64,000 bases of DNA from the IMG/VR virus record IMGVR_UViG_3300024496_000012; one strand, written 5' to 3'. The notes beneath the pieces are model-generated. The model ran no database searches. It was not told the origin of the DNA and worked only from the letters and a program-made list of their open reading frames with translations. The translations under genes and the position numbers were made by a program. The number at the start of each line of letters is the position of its first letter. The stretch's first letter is position 1. This DNA comes from a virus. Shown here piece after piece: positions 12,301 through 22,900 of this stretch.

Positions 12301-15300
12301 TCTAAAAATATTGTTTGTTAATCTTAATACATAGGCCGAACCTTGATTCTGTAGATTTATATCTCCCAGCGGACTAGCGATAACCAATGTAGTTCCTGAC
12401 CAATCTAAATCCAATGATGCACCGAACTGATCGCCTACATTTATTGTTTCTACTTTAGAAAGATCGCTGTACTCAGAAAGATTATCTGCACCAATAGTCT
12501 GCACTAATCTGTAACCGGTTGATTCTTTTTTGTAAACAAAAACTTTTCCAGATGGATTCATCGTACTATCGCCAATAGACACCCACGGCAATGTTGTCGG
12601 ATTGGTTCCGGTATTAGTATATGTGGAATCTGATGTGTCTGGAGCTAACTTATAGTACAATCCTTCATACTGTACTACTTCACCTTCGAAGTATTCTGTA
12701 GTAGAATTCCACACACCTCTGTACTGATCAAAAACCTGTCCATCACTAAACGGAGCGCCAACTGCAATAATATCACCTGTATAGCTCATGGCTATCGCCG
12801 AGCCATACTGGTCTCCTATCTTTAGCATTTCAACATCACTGTTAAGTATACCGTGAGCCATAGTAGATCTATCTTGAACTAGTGAGTTGTTCAATGCTAG
12901 TTCAGATGGAAGAATCTCGCCAATCTCCCATCCAGTTCCGTTATGACTGTATACGTAAACTCGACCGATGCCATCTAAAGATCCAGGAGCTGACACTATC
13001 ATCGAATATGATGTACCGCTCTTGGCCATCTTAATAGATGAACCAAATAGTTCCCCGGCTGCCGGTCTTGGGCTTGCAAAAGTTTTATAATAATCCCAAC
13101 CTTGAGATGTCCTTGTATAAAGAACAATCATTCCCTGTTCTGAGAATCCATCTCCCCTGGCTTCTCCATAGGCTTCAATGTTTGTTGCTCGGTCCCAATC
13201 TTCTGTGTTAAATGTTAAAGTGCTGCCATCAGGTGACACAAACTTGTTAGGTGTCCATAAAATATCATCATAAAGGACAACATCCTCAAGAGCATAACTC
13301 TTTGTAGAACTAAATGGTCCTAGATATGTATTTTTAACACCACTGGCTAAGGGAACGCCAATAGCCAACCATTGACCGTCTGGACTTACTGTAATGGCCT
13401 GACCGAATGATCCTATTGATAATGTTCTAAACTCGATCAGCGGTGATAATATCTGCTTAGGAGTCAATGCACCGTTAATATCAGAATAAACAACGGCATA
13501 GCCCGATCCCGGAATACCAACTATAGATTCTTTTGATCTATTATCATAAAAGACTGCTGCACCAGTTCTCAGTGGTGATGTTAAACCATATTCACTGATT
13601 TCTCCAAAAGAATATTGTTTGGTTTTTCTAATAACTTCCCACAGCCCGCTACCATTATCGTCAACCCATAGAGTAGATCCTTCTTTCCACAAAGCTACTT
13701 TTTCAGGATCAACCATGTCGTAGGTATCAAATCTAACTTCAGTAAACAATCCTACATTGGTAACTGTGCTGCCGTCAATAACCGGATCCTGTGCTGCAGG
13801 AGTAACAGTAACGCTAATAGTCATATCACTGACTTCAGTAATCTTATAAAATCCTGTTAGGTTAGGAATCGATCTAAAGCCTACAATGTCGCCCACAGTC
13901 AACCCATGGCGGCGATTCATTGTAACAGTAACAGTTAACCCAGATTTTACAGCATCAACGACCTTGAGGTTTGCAGCTTCTGAGAATCTCCATACGGTCC
14001 AATCAGGTGAATAAAATGTAAGCCAAAAATGTGCGCCTTCAGAAACTGTAGAAATGTCTATACCTAATATAGCGTCTGCATTATATAGAGCAAAATCAAC
14101 TTGAGATGTTGCTACATATCCTGCTGTGTTTTCAGGTTCTGCCTCTAGACTTAAAGGATTTATGTTTGTAGTATAAGGTGTTGGGGAGATAGTAAAATCA
14201 CTGCCAATAACTCTATAATAACGATCGCTAGAAACAGACGGAATAGAATTTACAAACAGCAGAGGCTGAGGATTTAATGGAAACTCGGATTTTTCTATCT
14301 TTATTTCATATTCTTTAAGTTGATCAACACCACCAAAGCGTCCAACTCTAAATGCCCACTCTTCATCAAGAACTAATGCCGATTCCGATGAGCGACTTAT
14401 TTTATCAAAAACTTTCTTGACAGAGTTTATAGTTCCTTTTTCTCTAATGAATCCTTGATACAACTGGAACTGGGTCACTGGATCTTCTGCGAGATTCTGT
14501 AGATATTCTCTAGACTGATATCCCACAGTATGACGTGCAAGCTCTCGCTGAGTTTCTCCAATGCCTTGTGATTCAACATTAAAATAATCATCAAACTGTT
14601 TGATCTTGTAATCAAAGTTTGATAACAGTTGTTTTTCTGGAACTGTATCTAGTTTAGTCCATAGATTAGTATTGAAAGATTCTGATCCTTCTTGATTAAC
14701 TTGGCTTACCCAATAGTATTGCTGATAAGCAACAATATCCCCTAGTCTATAATCTACAAATGGTTGCCATACAGCGATATCAACGTTGTCAAATAAGAAA
14801 CCCGGACTTGTATAATCGCCGTACCAGTCAGTGGTACGGAATCCTAGACTCTTGATTCGTTGCTGTCTATATCCGGTTGGTTTATCATAGATGATGTCAC
14901 TGAACACCGTTTTATCACTGAACACTGTTACGTGTTCTTTTAGAACATAATATAATCTAATATAATATATGCCCTCTGTAGTATTGGTAGTTTCAACAGT
15001 TATTTCTTGGAACTGTCGATCCACGTTGATATATTGTGGCTGTAAAGGTTTACCATCACTCTTTAATACCTGATAATCATAAAAGCCATCTAACAGGTTG
15101 TCTGCTACTCCAACAGGAGTCTTTATATAGACTTTCTGAGAGGCTGGACTTAATGTGATAATCGATCCTATAGCCCAGTTATGTCTGGTCCAGAACATGA
15201 ACTCTTTACAACTAGTGGTCCAGTCTTGGCTTACTTGATTATCAGGATCATAATTTTCAAATACAAATCCTCTAGATTTGAGATAGGCTTCGTATCCTAG

Positions 15301-18300
15301 TAGGAAGTTAACTATGTCTTGGATTTCATTTATCTCTGTTCCATAGCTCATTTTGCTAACTGCCGAGAAGTTGAAGTTTCTTCTCTTGAATGCTTCAACT
15401 GCTCCAACTAAAGGAAGTTTAGGAAGTTTCTTCCATATAGTCTTGTTGTTTAGATCATCCGCAGATGAATCTGTATGAGTGATCAAACTCCTATAATAAG
15501 TGTTGTTGTTTCTAACGATCACACCGTTAGCATAAGAAGTTCCTAGCGTCCAATCTGAAAATGTTTCGCTCACTCCGCCAACAGAGATTAATGGATCACC
15601 TTGACTAGCCAACGGTTCGTAATAAGGAAAGTATGGATGAAGATCATCATATCCTGTAACATACCAACCGTTTAATGTTTTTTCTATGATCACACCACTG
15701 TATGATATAGTGGAAATAGGAGCACTTACATTAAAAATAATGTCGTAGTTTTCTGCAGGAATATAAACTCCTGTAGAAGTAGATTTTGGATTCTTGCTGT
15801 CTAACAGATATTTCTGCTGAGCTTTATCAACAAAACCGCCTAGTCGAGTTGTAAGATTTACATCAATATTTTTTATTTTATTTTCGACTAGATCTAAAGA
15901 AACACCTCTAGATTTAGCATAGTCTATCAAGTAGACAACTAATCCTGCTCCTTGCTGTATACCTGTCTTAGGAACTTTTATATCATTTAAAGTTACAGGA
16001 AGATTTGTATTAACATTAACAGTCTGACCGAGATTGTTTAACTTAACCTGAGAGCGATCAAAGCTGTCTCCTATAAACTCGAAAGGTTTTAATAGGCATA
16101 GAGCAATAGTGATAGCAAACGGAAACTCTGAGCTTGACCTCCATGCATACTCAACTGGAGATATATCTCCTAACTTAAATGGTCCTCTATTATTGATAAG
16201 AACAAAGTCGTTGGCTAGCCCAGACTCAAGCGGGCTTAGAAGCTTACCTTCTACATCAACAGGAAGATGACTTAGTATTGTTGGTCGAGCATATCTTAGA
16301 TATGTTCCAGCACGGTCTCCTTCTCGAATGATACCATCTCGTATGTCTTCCCACAAAATCAGATTGCCGCTGGTGTATGGAGCAGGTCCATAATATTTTT
16401 CCCACCAGATTGGTTTTTGGCTAAATCCTAAGATTTCCCAAGGACATCTGTGTGGGCGATCGGTGTCATAGAACCAGTTATACACTCCTCTCCACCATCC
16501 AGGTAAGTTTTGCTTACCTGTAGGATCAGTCATATTGGTATAACTGTAAGTAAATGTTTCATATTCTGTAAAATAGGTATTGTTGGTGTAATCAATATTT
16601 GTATTATTGATCCATTTTAAAAATTCCTGTTCTACAATATTATCTAAATCATCTTTATTAAAAATAGCATTACCATAATATCCGCCCAAGACAGCATCGA
16701 TATCAAAAATAGTATGATCATACTCTTGTTTAATATTATTGTAAATCCTGTATTCTATCTCTAATAGAAGATCATCTCTGAAATCGCCGTAGGCGACAGT
16801 TATACTACCATCGTGCCCTTGTATAACTTCGGTAGGTGTTTTGTAAGTATCATCTAAAAACTTGCTCGGAGTATATTTCTTGTAAAGACCAAGACTTGTA
16901 GGAGTTGGTGGCACAAAGCAATGTGCTGTTGAAACATACTCTCTTATCTCTACTAGATCATTTTCATTCAGATCTAGAGATATATTAACAAAACCAAAAG
17001 TATCGTTGAATGTATAGTCTCGTCCGTGTAGCAACTGATTATCATTTAGATATACATAAACTGCTTTCCTAGACAGGGTAGTTAAACTAAATGGCGCAGA
17101 CAATGCAAAAGTTTTTATTCCAGTATCTTCTACAGTATAAGAAATAGTAGAATATGCACCGGAACCGATCATATCAGAATCAGAGAACGGCGAATCACCG
17201 TTCTTAGTTCTTGATAGTTCGTTGATAATGTCATCGACAAAATCTGGAATACTTTCGTTGTATTCTATTTCCAACGCCTTGGTAATAAAGTTACTTTTCC
17301 ATTCTGTGTATGATCTCTTAGCGTACTGCAGAGATTTAATGATGTTATTAGTCTTATCACAGAGCAATGCGATCGCAACTGGAGTCAAACCAGAATGTGT
17401 TAAAAATCTCTTGGCGTTATCTTGATATCCATCAAGATCTCTAAGATTAGATTTGCCTGGGATGTTTCCTTGAAACTCAGTATCAAACTCTACAGCAGAA
17501 ACAATATGATCAATCGCTTGACCATACGTAAATGTAGTCAATGGAGAGTTTAACGGATTCCTTTCTAGCCCAACGGGTATTTCATAGTAACCTGTTACTG
17601 GTTCTAAATCTGTAACAATTTTTACAGATATAATATCATTAACAGAAAAAGAATCTTGGAAAGTAAAAGTATCTTTATTTCTTGTCCATGGATTATCTGT
17701 CAGCTTATCTCCATTGAGATAAAAGTTAATAACTGGTTCAGTCGTGACCTGCGCCCAATCTATAGTGGTCAACTTTATGGTGTTAGTGGCTTCTTGTATA
17801 GTAACACTATCAATTAACGGTTGGATATAGGTCAGGTCTGTAAGTGTCCAGCCGTTATCGTACCCTCCTGTTGAGTTATCTTTAAAATAACCTACAGCAA
17901 CTTTTTTAGAAAGAGCTTGTCTATCGATTGTATAGTTTACTGTTTCAGAACCAAAGTCCCAGTTAAACTGAATATCTCCAACATTATCAATATTGAGATA
18001 ACTTAAACTGAATCCTAGCTGACTATCTGTCAGACCGTTGCCTATCTTGTAGCTAACTAAAGGATTGCCGTTAAAAGAACTAATAGGATATGTTTCCGGA
18101 TCCGAAAAACTAACATAGTTTTCATCATAGACATCAAACAATGGAGATTGATTTACAGTAGTCTTGGCCTGACTCTTGACCCAACTCTCTCCGGTAAAAT
18201 GATACATCAATCCAGAGTTTGATTTGCCGCGGCGAACCAATACACCCTGGCCAACTACAGATTGAGAATCTGTAGCTTCTTTGAGTGTAATCTGCGTGTT

Positions 18301-19929
18301 GTTGCCAAACTTTATAAAATGAACAGTATAGATCTTGTTGTTAGCTAAAGAATCAGTATCTGCTACCACTAGTACTCTTGCACCTTCAAACAAAAACTCG
18401 CCGTCGACGTTATATCCGGAACTACCTTCTATTTTACTAAAGATATCATCTGTAAAGGTATCGATATAATCAACCTGAGTCTTTGCAATAGAACAGTGGT
18501 TGTACAACTGTATATTTGATCTAAACTCTATGATAGGTCGTTTTGCTCTGAGATTTTCATCAGCAGGAAAATCTTGTCCTCGCTGTGTATAAGCATATTC
18601 TAAAACAGATCGATGGAACCAACGATTATACCGTGACCACGGATTTGAATCTTGGCTGTTTTTTGATATTGTGATATAATCAAGTTGTCCTGGATATGCA
18701 GATGCATCATCAAATGGTTCAGCATCAAACGGTGCATTGTCAAACAAAACTTCAGGAACATCTGTAGACAATACCGGAACGATAAGATCAGAAAATCTAG
18801 TTAATGTTATAGCTTTTCCAACTCCCTCAACTAACCAAGTATCCGTTGCATATTTTTCAGGGCTGACCTTGCCCATAAACTCAACAACTAGTCCATTAGT
18901 AAACTCTATGCCGTTGCTGCTCTTGTATTGAGATTTACCTAGAACATCTTTAGTTACATCGATGTAGGTATTTTCAACTATTGACTGTATTACGAACTGA
19001 CCCTGTCTATCAAGATTTACTACACTCTGATAAAACAATACATCAGGTGAATCATAGGGAACTGTAAATGTTAAAGTTCCGTTCTCTATCTTGTTATTTT
19101 TTATACCATCGTTGTAATCAAAGATTGAGTTATAGTCGTTGATACTGATAAGCTCCCAGTCTTGACTATCAACATTGATAGTGCTGCCGTCTGGTAACAC
19201 ATCAACTTTAGCTCTCCAAAGTTGATCATTGTAAAGAACTACTGATCCAGCCTTATATCCAAGATTTGGATTGTAGACCAATGAACCTAGATCAGGGTTG
19301 GTCCTGATCACAAATGCTTCACTAGGAGCATTGATCTTAAACTTATAGGTTTGACCTCTGTACAGTGTTATCTTAGGATTGTTTGTAACACCATCAGGAC
19401 TGAAAACCCAAGATGATCCTAACCCTAGTTCTACCTTATAAGTGCTGGTTATTTTTGCCGACTGTCCGTAGATCTGCAACGGAGGCGGACCACTTGGTTG
19501 CCAATAGTATTCTCTAAAGTTAATAAACTTGTCCCAATCAATAGGGGGATTCCAACTATAGTGTTCTTGGCTAGTAGTTAGATAATCTCTATCAACTTCG
19601 TTTCCAAAGAACTTTATCTGATTCTTTACATCTAAATAATCATAAAAATTCTGTATGGTTTCATTTTCTCTAAAAATGACTCCTGGCTCGACTTGATATC
19701 TACTACGTAATGTATTGTCTGTATCAAGATATATGTCGCTACCACGATAAGTTTTTCCATATCTTCGACCGACATAACCGGCAGTTTTTTGTAAGACTCC
19801 TGGCTGTACCAAAGGATCGACCACGGCGGCCATGAACTTATTATTTGCCGGTGTTTGGAAAACATTCGGCAATAGATCTTTAGTCTTTCTTATTGGAAGT
19901 TGACTTTGTGGATAAATTTTATCTGCCAT
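6352..19929 (-). CDS. Giant (4525 aa) baseplate wedge-like structural protein (gp7-like position)
   Basis: Immediately downstream of the gp6-like gene. Contains FG-GAP-like repeats (QYGSAIAMSYTGDIIAVGAP, QFGASLDLDWSGTTLVIASP), W-x5-Y-x2-G-D-x-V-x-Y carbohydrate-binding-like repeats and many TxF/FxxxGxT beta-sandwich repeats. Confidence 0.65.
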   Translation of the reverse strand: MADKIYPQSQLPIRKTKDLLPNVFQTPANNKFMAAVVDPLVQPGVLQKTAGYVGRRYGKTYRGSDIYLDTDNTLRSRYQVEPGVIFRENETIQNFYDYLDVKNQIKFFGNEVDRDYLTTSQEHYSWNPPIDWDKFINFREYYWQPSGPPPLQIYGQSAKITSTYKVELGLGSSWVFSPDGVTNNPKITLYRGQTYKFKINAPSEAFVIRTNPDLGSLVYNPNLGYKAGSVVLYNDQLWRAKVDVLPDGSTINVDSQDWELISINDYNSIFDYNDGIKNNKIENGTLTFTVPYDSPDVLFYQSVVNLDRQGQFVIQSIVENTYIDVTKDVLGKSQYKSSNGIEFTNGLVVEFMGKVSPEKYATDTWLVEGVGKAITLTRFSDLIVPVLSTDVPEVLFDNAPFDAEPFDDASAYPGQLDYITISKNSQDSNPWSRYNRWFHRSVLEYAYTQRGQDFPADENLRAKRPIIEFRSNIQLYNHCSIAKTQVDYIDTFTDDIFSKIEGSSGYNVDGEFLFEGARVLVVADTDSLANNKIYTVHFIKFGNNTQITLKEATDSQSVVGQGVLVRRGKSNSGLMYHFTGESWVKSQAKTTVNQSPLFDVYDENYVSFSDPETYPISSFNGNPLVSYKIGNGLTDSQLGFSLSYLNIDNVGDIQFNWDFGSETVNYTIDRQALSKKVAVGYFKDNSTGGYDNGWTLTDLTYIQPLIDSVTIQEATNTIKLTTIDWAQVTTEPVINFYLNGDKLTDNPWTRNKDTFTFQDSFSVNDIISVKIVTDLEPVTGYYEIPVGLERNPLNSPLTTFTYGQAIDHIVSAVEFDTEFQGNIPGKSNLRDLDGYQDNAKRFLTHSGLTPVAIALLCDKTNNIIKSLQYAKRSYTEWKSNFITKALEIEYNESIPDFVDDIINELSRTKNGDSPFSDSDMIGSGAYSTISYTVEDTGIKTFALSAPFSLTTLSRKAVYVYLNDNQLLHGRDYTFNDTFGFVNISLDLNENDLVEIREYVSTAHCFVPPTPTSLGLYKKYTPSKFLDDTYKTPTEVIQGHDGSITVAYGDFRDDLLLEIEYRIYNNIKQEYDHTIFDIDAVLGGYYGNAIFNKDDLDNIVEQEFLKWINNTNIDYTNNTYFTEYETFTYSYTNMTDPTGKQNLPGWWRGVYNWFYDTDRPHRCPWEILGFSQKPIWWEKYYGPAPYTSGNLILWEDIRDGIIREGDRAGTYLRYARPTILSHLPVDVEGKLLSPLESGLANDFVLINNRGPFKLGDISPVEYAWRSSSEFPFAITIALCLLKPFEFIGDSFDRSQVKLNNLGQTVNVNTNLPVTLNDIKVPKTGIQQGAGLVVYLIDYAKSRGVSLDLVENKIKNIDVNLTTRLGGFVDKAQQKYLLDSKNPKSTSTGVYIPAENYDIIFNVSAPISTISYSGVIIEKTLNGWYVTGYDDLHPYFPYYEPLASQGDPLISVGGVSETFSDWTLGTSYANGVIVRNNNTYYRSLITHTDSSADDLNNKTIWKKLPKLPLVGAVEAFKRRNFNFSAVSKMSYGTEINEIQDIVNFLLGYEAYLKSRGFVFENYDPDNQVSQDWTTSCKEFMFWTRHNWAIGSIITLSPASQKVYIKTPVGVADNLLDGFYDYQVLKSDGKPLQPQYINVDRQFQEITVETTNTTEGIYYIRLYYVLKEHVTVFSDKTVFSDIIYDKPTGYRQQRIKSLGFRTTDWYGDYTSPGFLFDNVDIAVWQPFVDYRLGDIVAYQQYYWVSQVNQEGSESFNTNLWTKLDTVPEKQLLSNFDYKIKQFDDYFNVESQGIGETQRELARHTVGYQSREYLQNLAEDPVTQFQLYQGFIREKGTINSVKKVFDKISRSSESALVLDEEWAFRVGRFGGVDQLKEYEIKIEKSEFPLNPQPLLFVNSIPSVSSDRYYRVIGSDFTISPTPYTTNINPLSLEAEPENTAGYVATSQVDFALYNADAILGIDISTVSEGAHFWLTFYSPDWTVWRFSEAANLKVVDAVKSGLTVTVTMNRRHGLTVGDIVGFRSIPNLTGFYKITEVSDMTISVTVTPAAQDPVIDGSTVTNVGLFTEVRFDTYDMVDPEKVALWKEGSTLWVDDNGSGLWEVIRKTKQYSFGEISEYGLTSPLRTGAAVFYDNRSKESIVGIPGSGYAVVYSDINGALTPKQILSPLIEFRTLSIGSFGQAITVSPDGQWLAIGVPLASGVKNTYLGPFSSTKSYALEDVVLYDDILWTPNKFVSPDGSTLTFNTEDWDRATNIEAYGEARGDGFSEQGMIVLYTRTSQGWDYYKTFASPRPAAGELFGSSIKMAKSGTSYSMIVSAPGSLDGIGRVYVYSHNGTGWEIGEILPSELALNNSLVQDRSTMAHGILNSDVEMLKIGDQYGSAIAMSYTGDIIAVGAPFSDGQVFDQYRGVWNSTTEYFEGEVVQYEGLYYKLAPDTSDSTYTNTGTNPTTLPWVSIGDSTMNPSGKVFVYKKESTGYRLVQTIGADNLSEYSDLSKVETINVGDQFGASLDLDWSGTTLVIASPLGDINLQNQGSAYVLRLTNNIFRVKQKLESFEDYPNEYFGQSICISGNTEKIVIGAKNTPYHESVTFFSKDEGTTTFDHGATRFSKDYGFAGAVYVFERKADVYFLAEKLSADLSSNESFGYSVYCTPDNILVGSPDYYSNVLNQKTGHVRLFKKLENVNSWEILSQRSLVVDIEKLKSISLYDDVNNKKIQDLDIIDPAKGKILNEAEQELTFKVPYDPAVYSIGTDLQTVIPSQEWTDHHVGKLWWNTSTAKWMYYEQGDTSYRVGNWSRQVPGSSIDVYEWVKTKLLPSEWAALADTNNGIANGISGQPLYPNDDVYSQRILYNASTGAATETYYYYWVKNKTILPTNVIGRNISASTVASYINNPIGSGTAFVGIAAENTLLLYNFKSIISTDYALLNIEYKKDTSSLNPVHNEYQLIREGSTQGVPSYKLETKWIDSLVGYDSVGNRVPDPGLPAKLRYGIEFRPRQGMFINRLTALRLTVDNLNAFLSTYPLTDSLDFTYLNLVDPAPNSQLNLYDVAVDTDIDLETVSTTRVEPAILQVNIINGQVDTIDIVSKGFGYKVVPPVIIDGDGELAAAEATIDSQGRIISVTVTTKGRKYSYASASIRPFSVLVNKDATANNFWGIYAYNSDKKTFYRTRTQAYDTTRYWSLQDWWLTGYSSVDRIVKEIPNISYLGFVTTYVGDMVRIKEYASGGWAVLLKTSEGSSNPSDDWMLVGREKGTVLLEPSLYDPTVGGIGYDNNKSYDTAFYDLENAKELRNILRAVKDNAYNLGFGDQWSSLFFVAVRYVLTEQKYVDWMFKTSLVTATHNVGAFEQKLNYKNDNLASFQDYINEVKPYRTTVREYISRYNTLETTGLSTSDFDLPPAYNVSEGKITSVTETQETIQRYPWKWWLDNHRYSITEIRLSNPGSEYNSPPTVIIDGDGTGATAKAYISNGSVSGVELLTAGSGYTRASIKLVGGNGNSTDIATAIPVLGDSKTRTFNLSLRFDRVNKESSYSTFTKTDTFVAEGNNAVFKLSYAPSNNKNKINILRNGNVVYKDEYSVKIYKEGIDNYSLLKGSVIFVSAPNKGDNIVITYEKNDELLYAVDRINKYYLTESSSPTASGMLGKELNQLMTGLDFGGVQVQGTTFEVTGGWDALPWFSDSWDSVESSNDIYFRADGSTASYTFDAPPAAGQIYNIYIKRNGDTQFIRIDDPYFNPAQDSSMQTNPHAEIPTFIGDGSTSVIMLTPYLSLNAGDTLVFRQIESDGSVTINDSNILDTKISGGTLAAMSGAYSTASGTAAEEIVLEGGKFISPEQVPAPEENVPGQVLDSLSIKVFNNTRSGATPLNHRTIYSDGITLTYKIGQKIIENSSLLVYINKIKKTETIDYSIDYKDQEITLNSLAPAGNIIEIISLGIGGHNLLDYQEFVADGDTSLFLTDANYTDTTSIFVTVNGIYKETAFVNSTGVVDSQNRTLVQFGIKPTLGDVISILVLGSENGNVLDGYGVVRINQQVFNYEGSTRTFSLNHSVTEDPKLVSQIGANFNNVLNASAASSMIVEVNGKALKGPDSVYFVYDGVTKDFVLGEDPYTGPGAVLTSNISVYINDELKTFIQDYVYDGTSKTITITKSLTKGDVIKIETNFISDYKIENNSLVLLDTISLVDGDTIGVTWFNEYTSMDLISDEYTGGKVQYRLSHSPISVSYVWVYKNGDRLSQDVDYYVDQDRSLIYLKNKTTEDDNIKILLFGSQIYRLPSGYEIYKDMLNVYHFKRYSQGMDVVLAKDLNYFDTSLEVTDSTELSDPIPSRNIPGIITINNERIEYLSKVGNVLSKLRRGSLGTSIATLHAKGSYVVDVGIKETVPYNETQDRTDFTSDGKSDDSTIGTAQTIGPLEFTPSKGTRSIWYKNTIPSDFGPCDQIEVFVGGRRLRKDPLQVFDETLGAEGSGKYKTLEAEFSVDGTTPYIRLTETVPANTLITVIRKLGRTWYDRGENTVTRGVTLLENTTPIARFIAEKTTKIPE

Positions 19930-19936
19930 TACTTAC

Positions 19937-22900
19937 TCACGCTGTTGTATTAACTATTGTTGATGGGTTTGCGCCGATTTCTGCGGCTGTGATAGCTGTT
20001 ACTATTTCTATATCGTCAACCGTAGCACCGTTAACAAATATTTCATCCGGTGCTGCTTGTATCTCAAACAAACTACCAAATGATTGGTCTGCTTGCTTGG
20101 GTACGATAACCAAGTTGCTAATATCCGGAGCAGTGGCTGTCAAAATATAAGTTATCAACTCACTGAGATAAAAACGATCACCAAAGTCCCAGTTGTTAAC
20201 ACTAAAGAAATCATTTATAGCTGACACTACTCTTACTTTTATATCGTTATCGTTAACTGTCTTGTTTGAGTTCTTAACTATTTTAAAAACTGCCTGTAAC
20301 TTTGAGTTTGCCTTGGCGCCAAACAATACCTTGTACTTTACCGGATGATATATAATCTCATCACTGATTGATTTGATTAAATCTAAGTTAACACCAAATG
20401 TGTCTCTTAGAGAATCATTGTTAGGTGGTGTTGGTTCTGTAGAAATATAACCTGCAAGATAGTTTCTGTATGATGTGTCATACGCTCTAGTCAATATGAA
20501 TAAATCTATTATGTTACTAGAACTAGGATCTATCCTTCTTTCGCTGTTAGCATTATGAAGATATTGGAACTTGAGTCTATCACGACCGACCGCAGCCTTA
20601 TAAGAACTTTCTAGAACAAATGTATTGGTTGTTTTATCAACACGCTTAACTACATCTTCTGCAGAATCATAAAAATAAACCAACTGACCGTTGTTATAGT
20701 TTGAAATAACTGCGGTAGTTTCTTTAGGCCAAATCATTATAAGCTCATCAGAGTTATCGATAATGTCATAGTATGTTGCACCTGATGCATCGGTGGTCTT
20801 CTTAAAAAACAAAAAGTTATGTAGACTATCAAGCCCTACTATCTTTTCAAATGCATCCGGATTGTCGATAACACCATTATTATCAGAATCTGCAAATGCT
20901 ATTTTTATTTCTTTGGTGCTTTCGTACCCATCATCAAACTTAATCGTTTCGTCGATTTCAAAATCGATATCTTGTTTGATAGATGTCAACAGGTCACCGC
21001 CGGTGTTGATACCCAGTATCTTAACCTTATCTTTTATTACAGTACCTGTTTCACTATTATAGACTTTTTGCTGTCCATCAAAATAAAATCTATTTTGTTG
21101 CACACTGCCAAATATATAATGCATAACTCTAATGCGTATAAAATATTGATCCGCTTGTCTAACAAAAGCTATGTACCAAGATGCATCTAAACCTGCATTC
21201 GTTGTATCGCCTGCCTTACCTGAGTTATAAACATCTGATAGATTAAGGTTGCCAGCAGTAATAACTTTCCAAGATGCTGTATCAATGTCATATCTTAAAC
21301 CAAAGTTAAAGTTTTGAGATATTTGATTTATCATTTCAAGTTCAAGAGCATCAGTTAGAGATGTACTAAATCTAGGAACAAATCTATCTGCTATGGCACC
21401 GCTAGGAATAGTTGTATTAAATGTAACCGGTCCGAGACCTGATGTAAGGACACCACGACCTGCATTAGTTCCATCGCCTACGATTGAAACTACTTCAGAC
21501 CAAATATAAGATGTTTGCAAAGGATCCGATGTATTAGTTGTAACTAACTTTCCTTTCCTAAATGATTTACCTGCAGGTGCAACAAATCTTAATAGTGCTC
21601 CCGGGGCGGCGCTCTTTAGTACGCTGGTTGTATAAGTTCCAACTTTTAAAAGACTACCATCGATTCCGCTGACAAAGTAACCTGTGGTTTTATTACCTGT
21701 TGATGTGACCTGTTTCCATATATAGTTGCTATCTGTAAAAGTATAAGGTGTTCTATCAAACTTTGTGAGATAGAAGTTATAAACATCTGTACTAGCAAAA
21801 GTAGGTTCTATGGTATTTCGTATAAAGTTGATAATATCGATAGTACTGGCATATTTGAAAAGTATATTCTTTTCTGAAGTTTCTTTATAGATATAACCGT
21901 CGTCAGCAAAAACATTGACGCTGCTGTATTTTCCTGAAGCATCAATAACTTCAAAGTTTCTGCTAATACCGCTAGAAGTTCTGTTGATCGATTTGATCTT
22001 AAGAATATTTTGACTGGTTGCTAACGGAGCAAGATTATAATCTTCTCCAGTTATCATTCTATTCTGTGTATAGAATAGAGCAGGAGCATTTGCTCGTATG
22101 CTGTCTGTACTTTCTGACGATGCAGAAGAAGTGACAGTATACTGTAGGCCAAGATTTACAGTGATTGTATGTCTAACACCTTGCTTGTTGTAATAAGGAA
22201 TAGCAATGCTGATTCCTTTCATCTCGTTTGGATAGATTGTATACGACAAACCATTACTGACTCTATAATAGAAACGGAAACTTCCTTGTGGTAGATTTCC
22301 ATACACTCCATCTGAAAACTCTAGATCAACCTGATCATTTTCTTTAGTAACGACTGAGTAGATGTTACGTATATTTTTATCGATACTATTATAGATAATA
22401 TTGTTGCCTAATAGATCTGAAACCTTAGTCCATTGATTTTGTTGTACTCCTGCCGAACTTAAAGAAAATAACCAAACATCATCATTATTGATGTTCTGTG
22501 CTCCAACGCTGATAGTTTCGTTAGTGGTAGGAATGTCAACAGTGAAATCTGCAAACTCGAGACTTCCCTGTTTAAACATTAAAAAGAATCCTGTATTAGG
22601 ACTTGCTGGACCTTTACCGTCATTCTTATAAATGAATCCTAGTTGGTTAGCAGGAACTGGAGCTTCTTCATAGAATACTGTGCTATTTGAAAAACTTGTA
22701 GACACGATTTCAAAACTCATACCTCGACCACTAACTGTTTTAGAATAAGAATAGATAGGAACGTCTGCTGATGTGGTTTTAAAACGATATTGTTCAGTAG
22801 GAATACCTTGTATGGTGCTTGTTCCTTGGCTACGACCAAACTGTGTGTTATCAGCCATCGCAGCGTTTAATACAACAATAAACTGTTCTAACCAGTTGGT

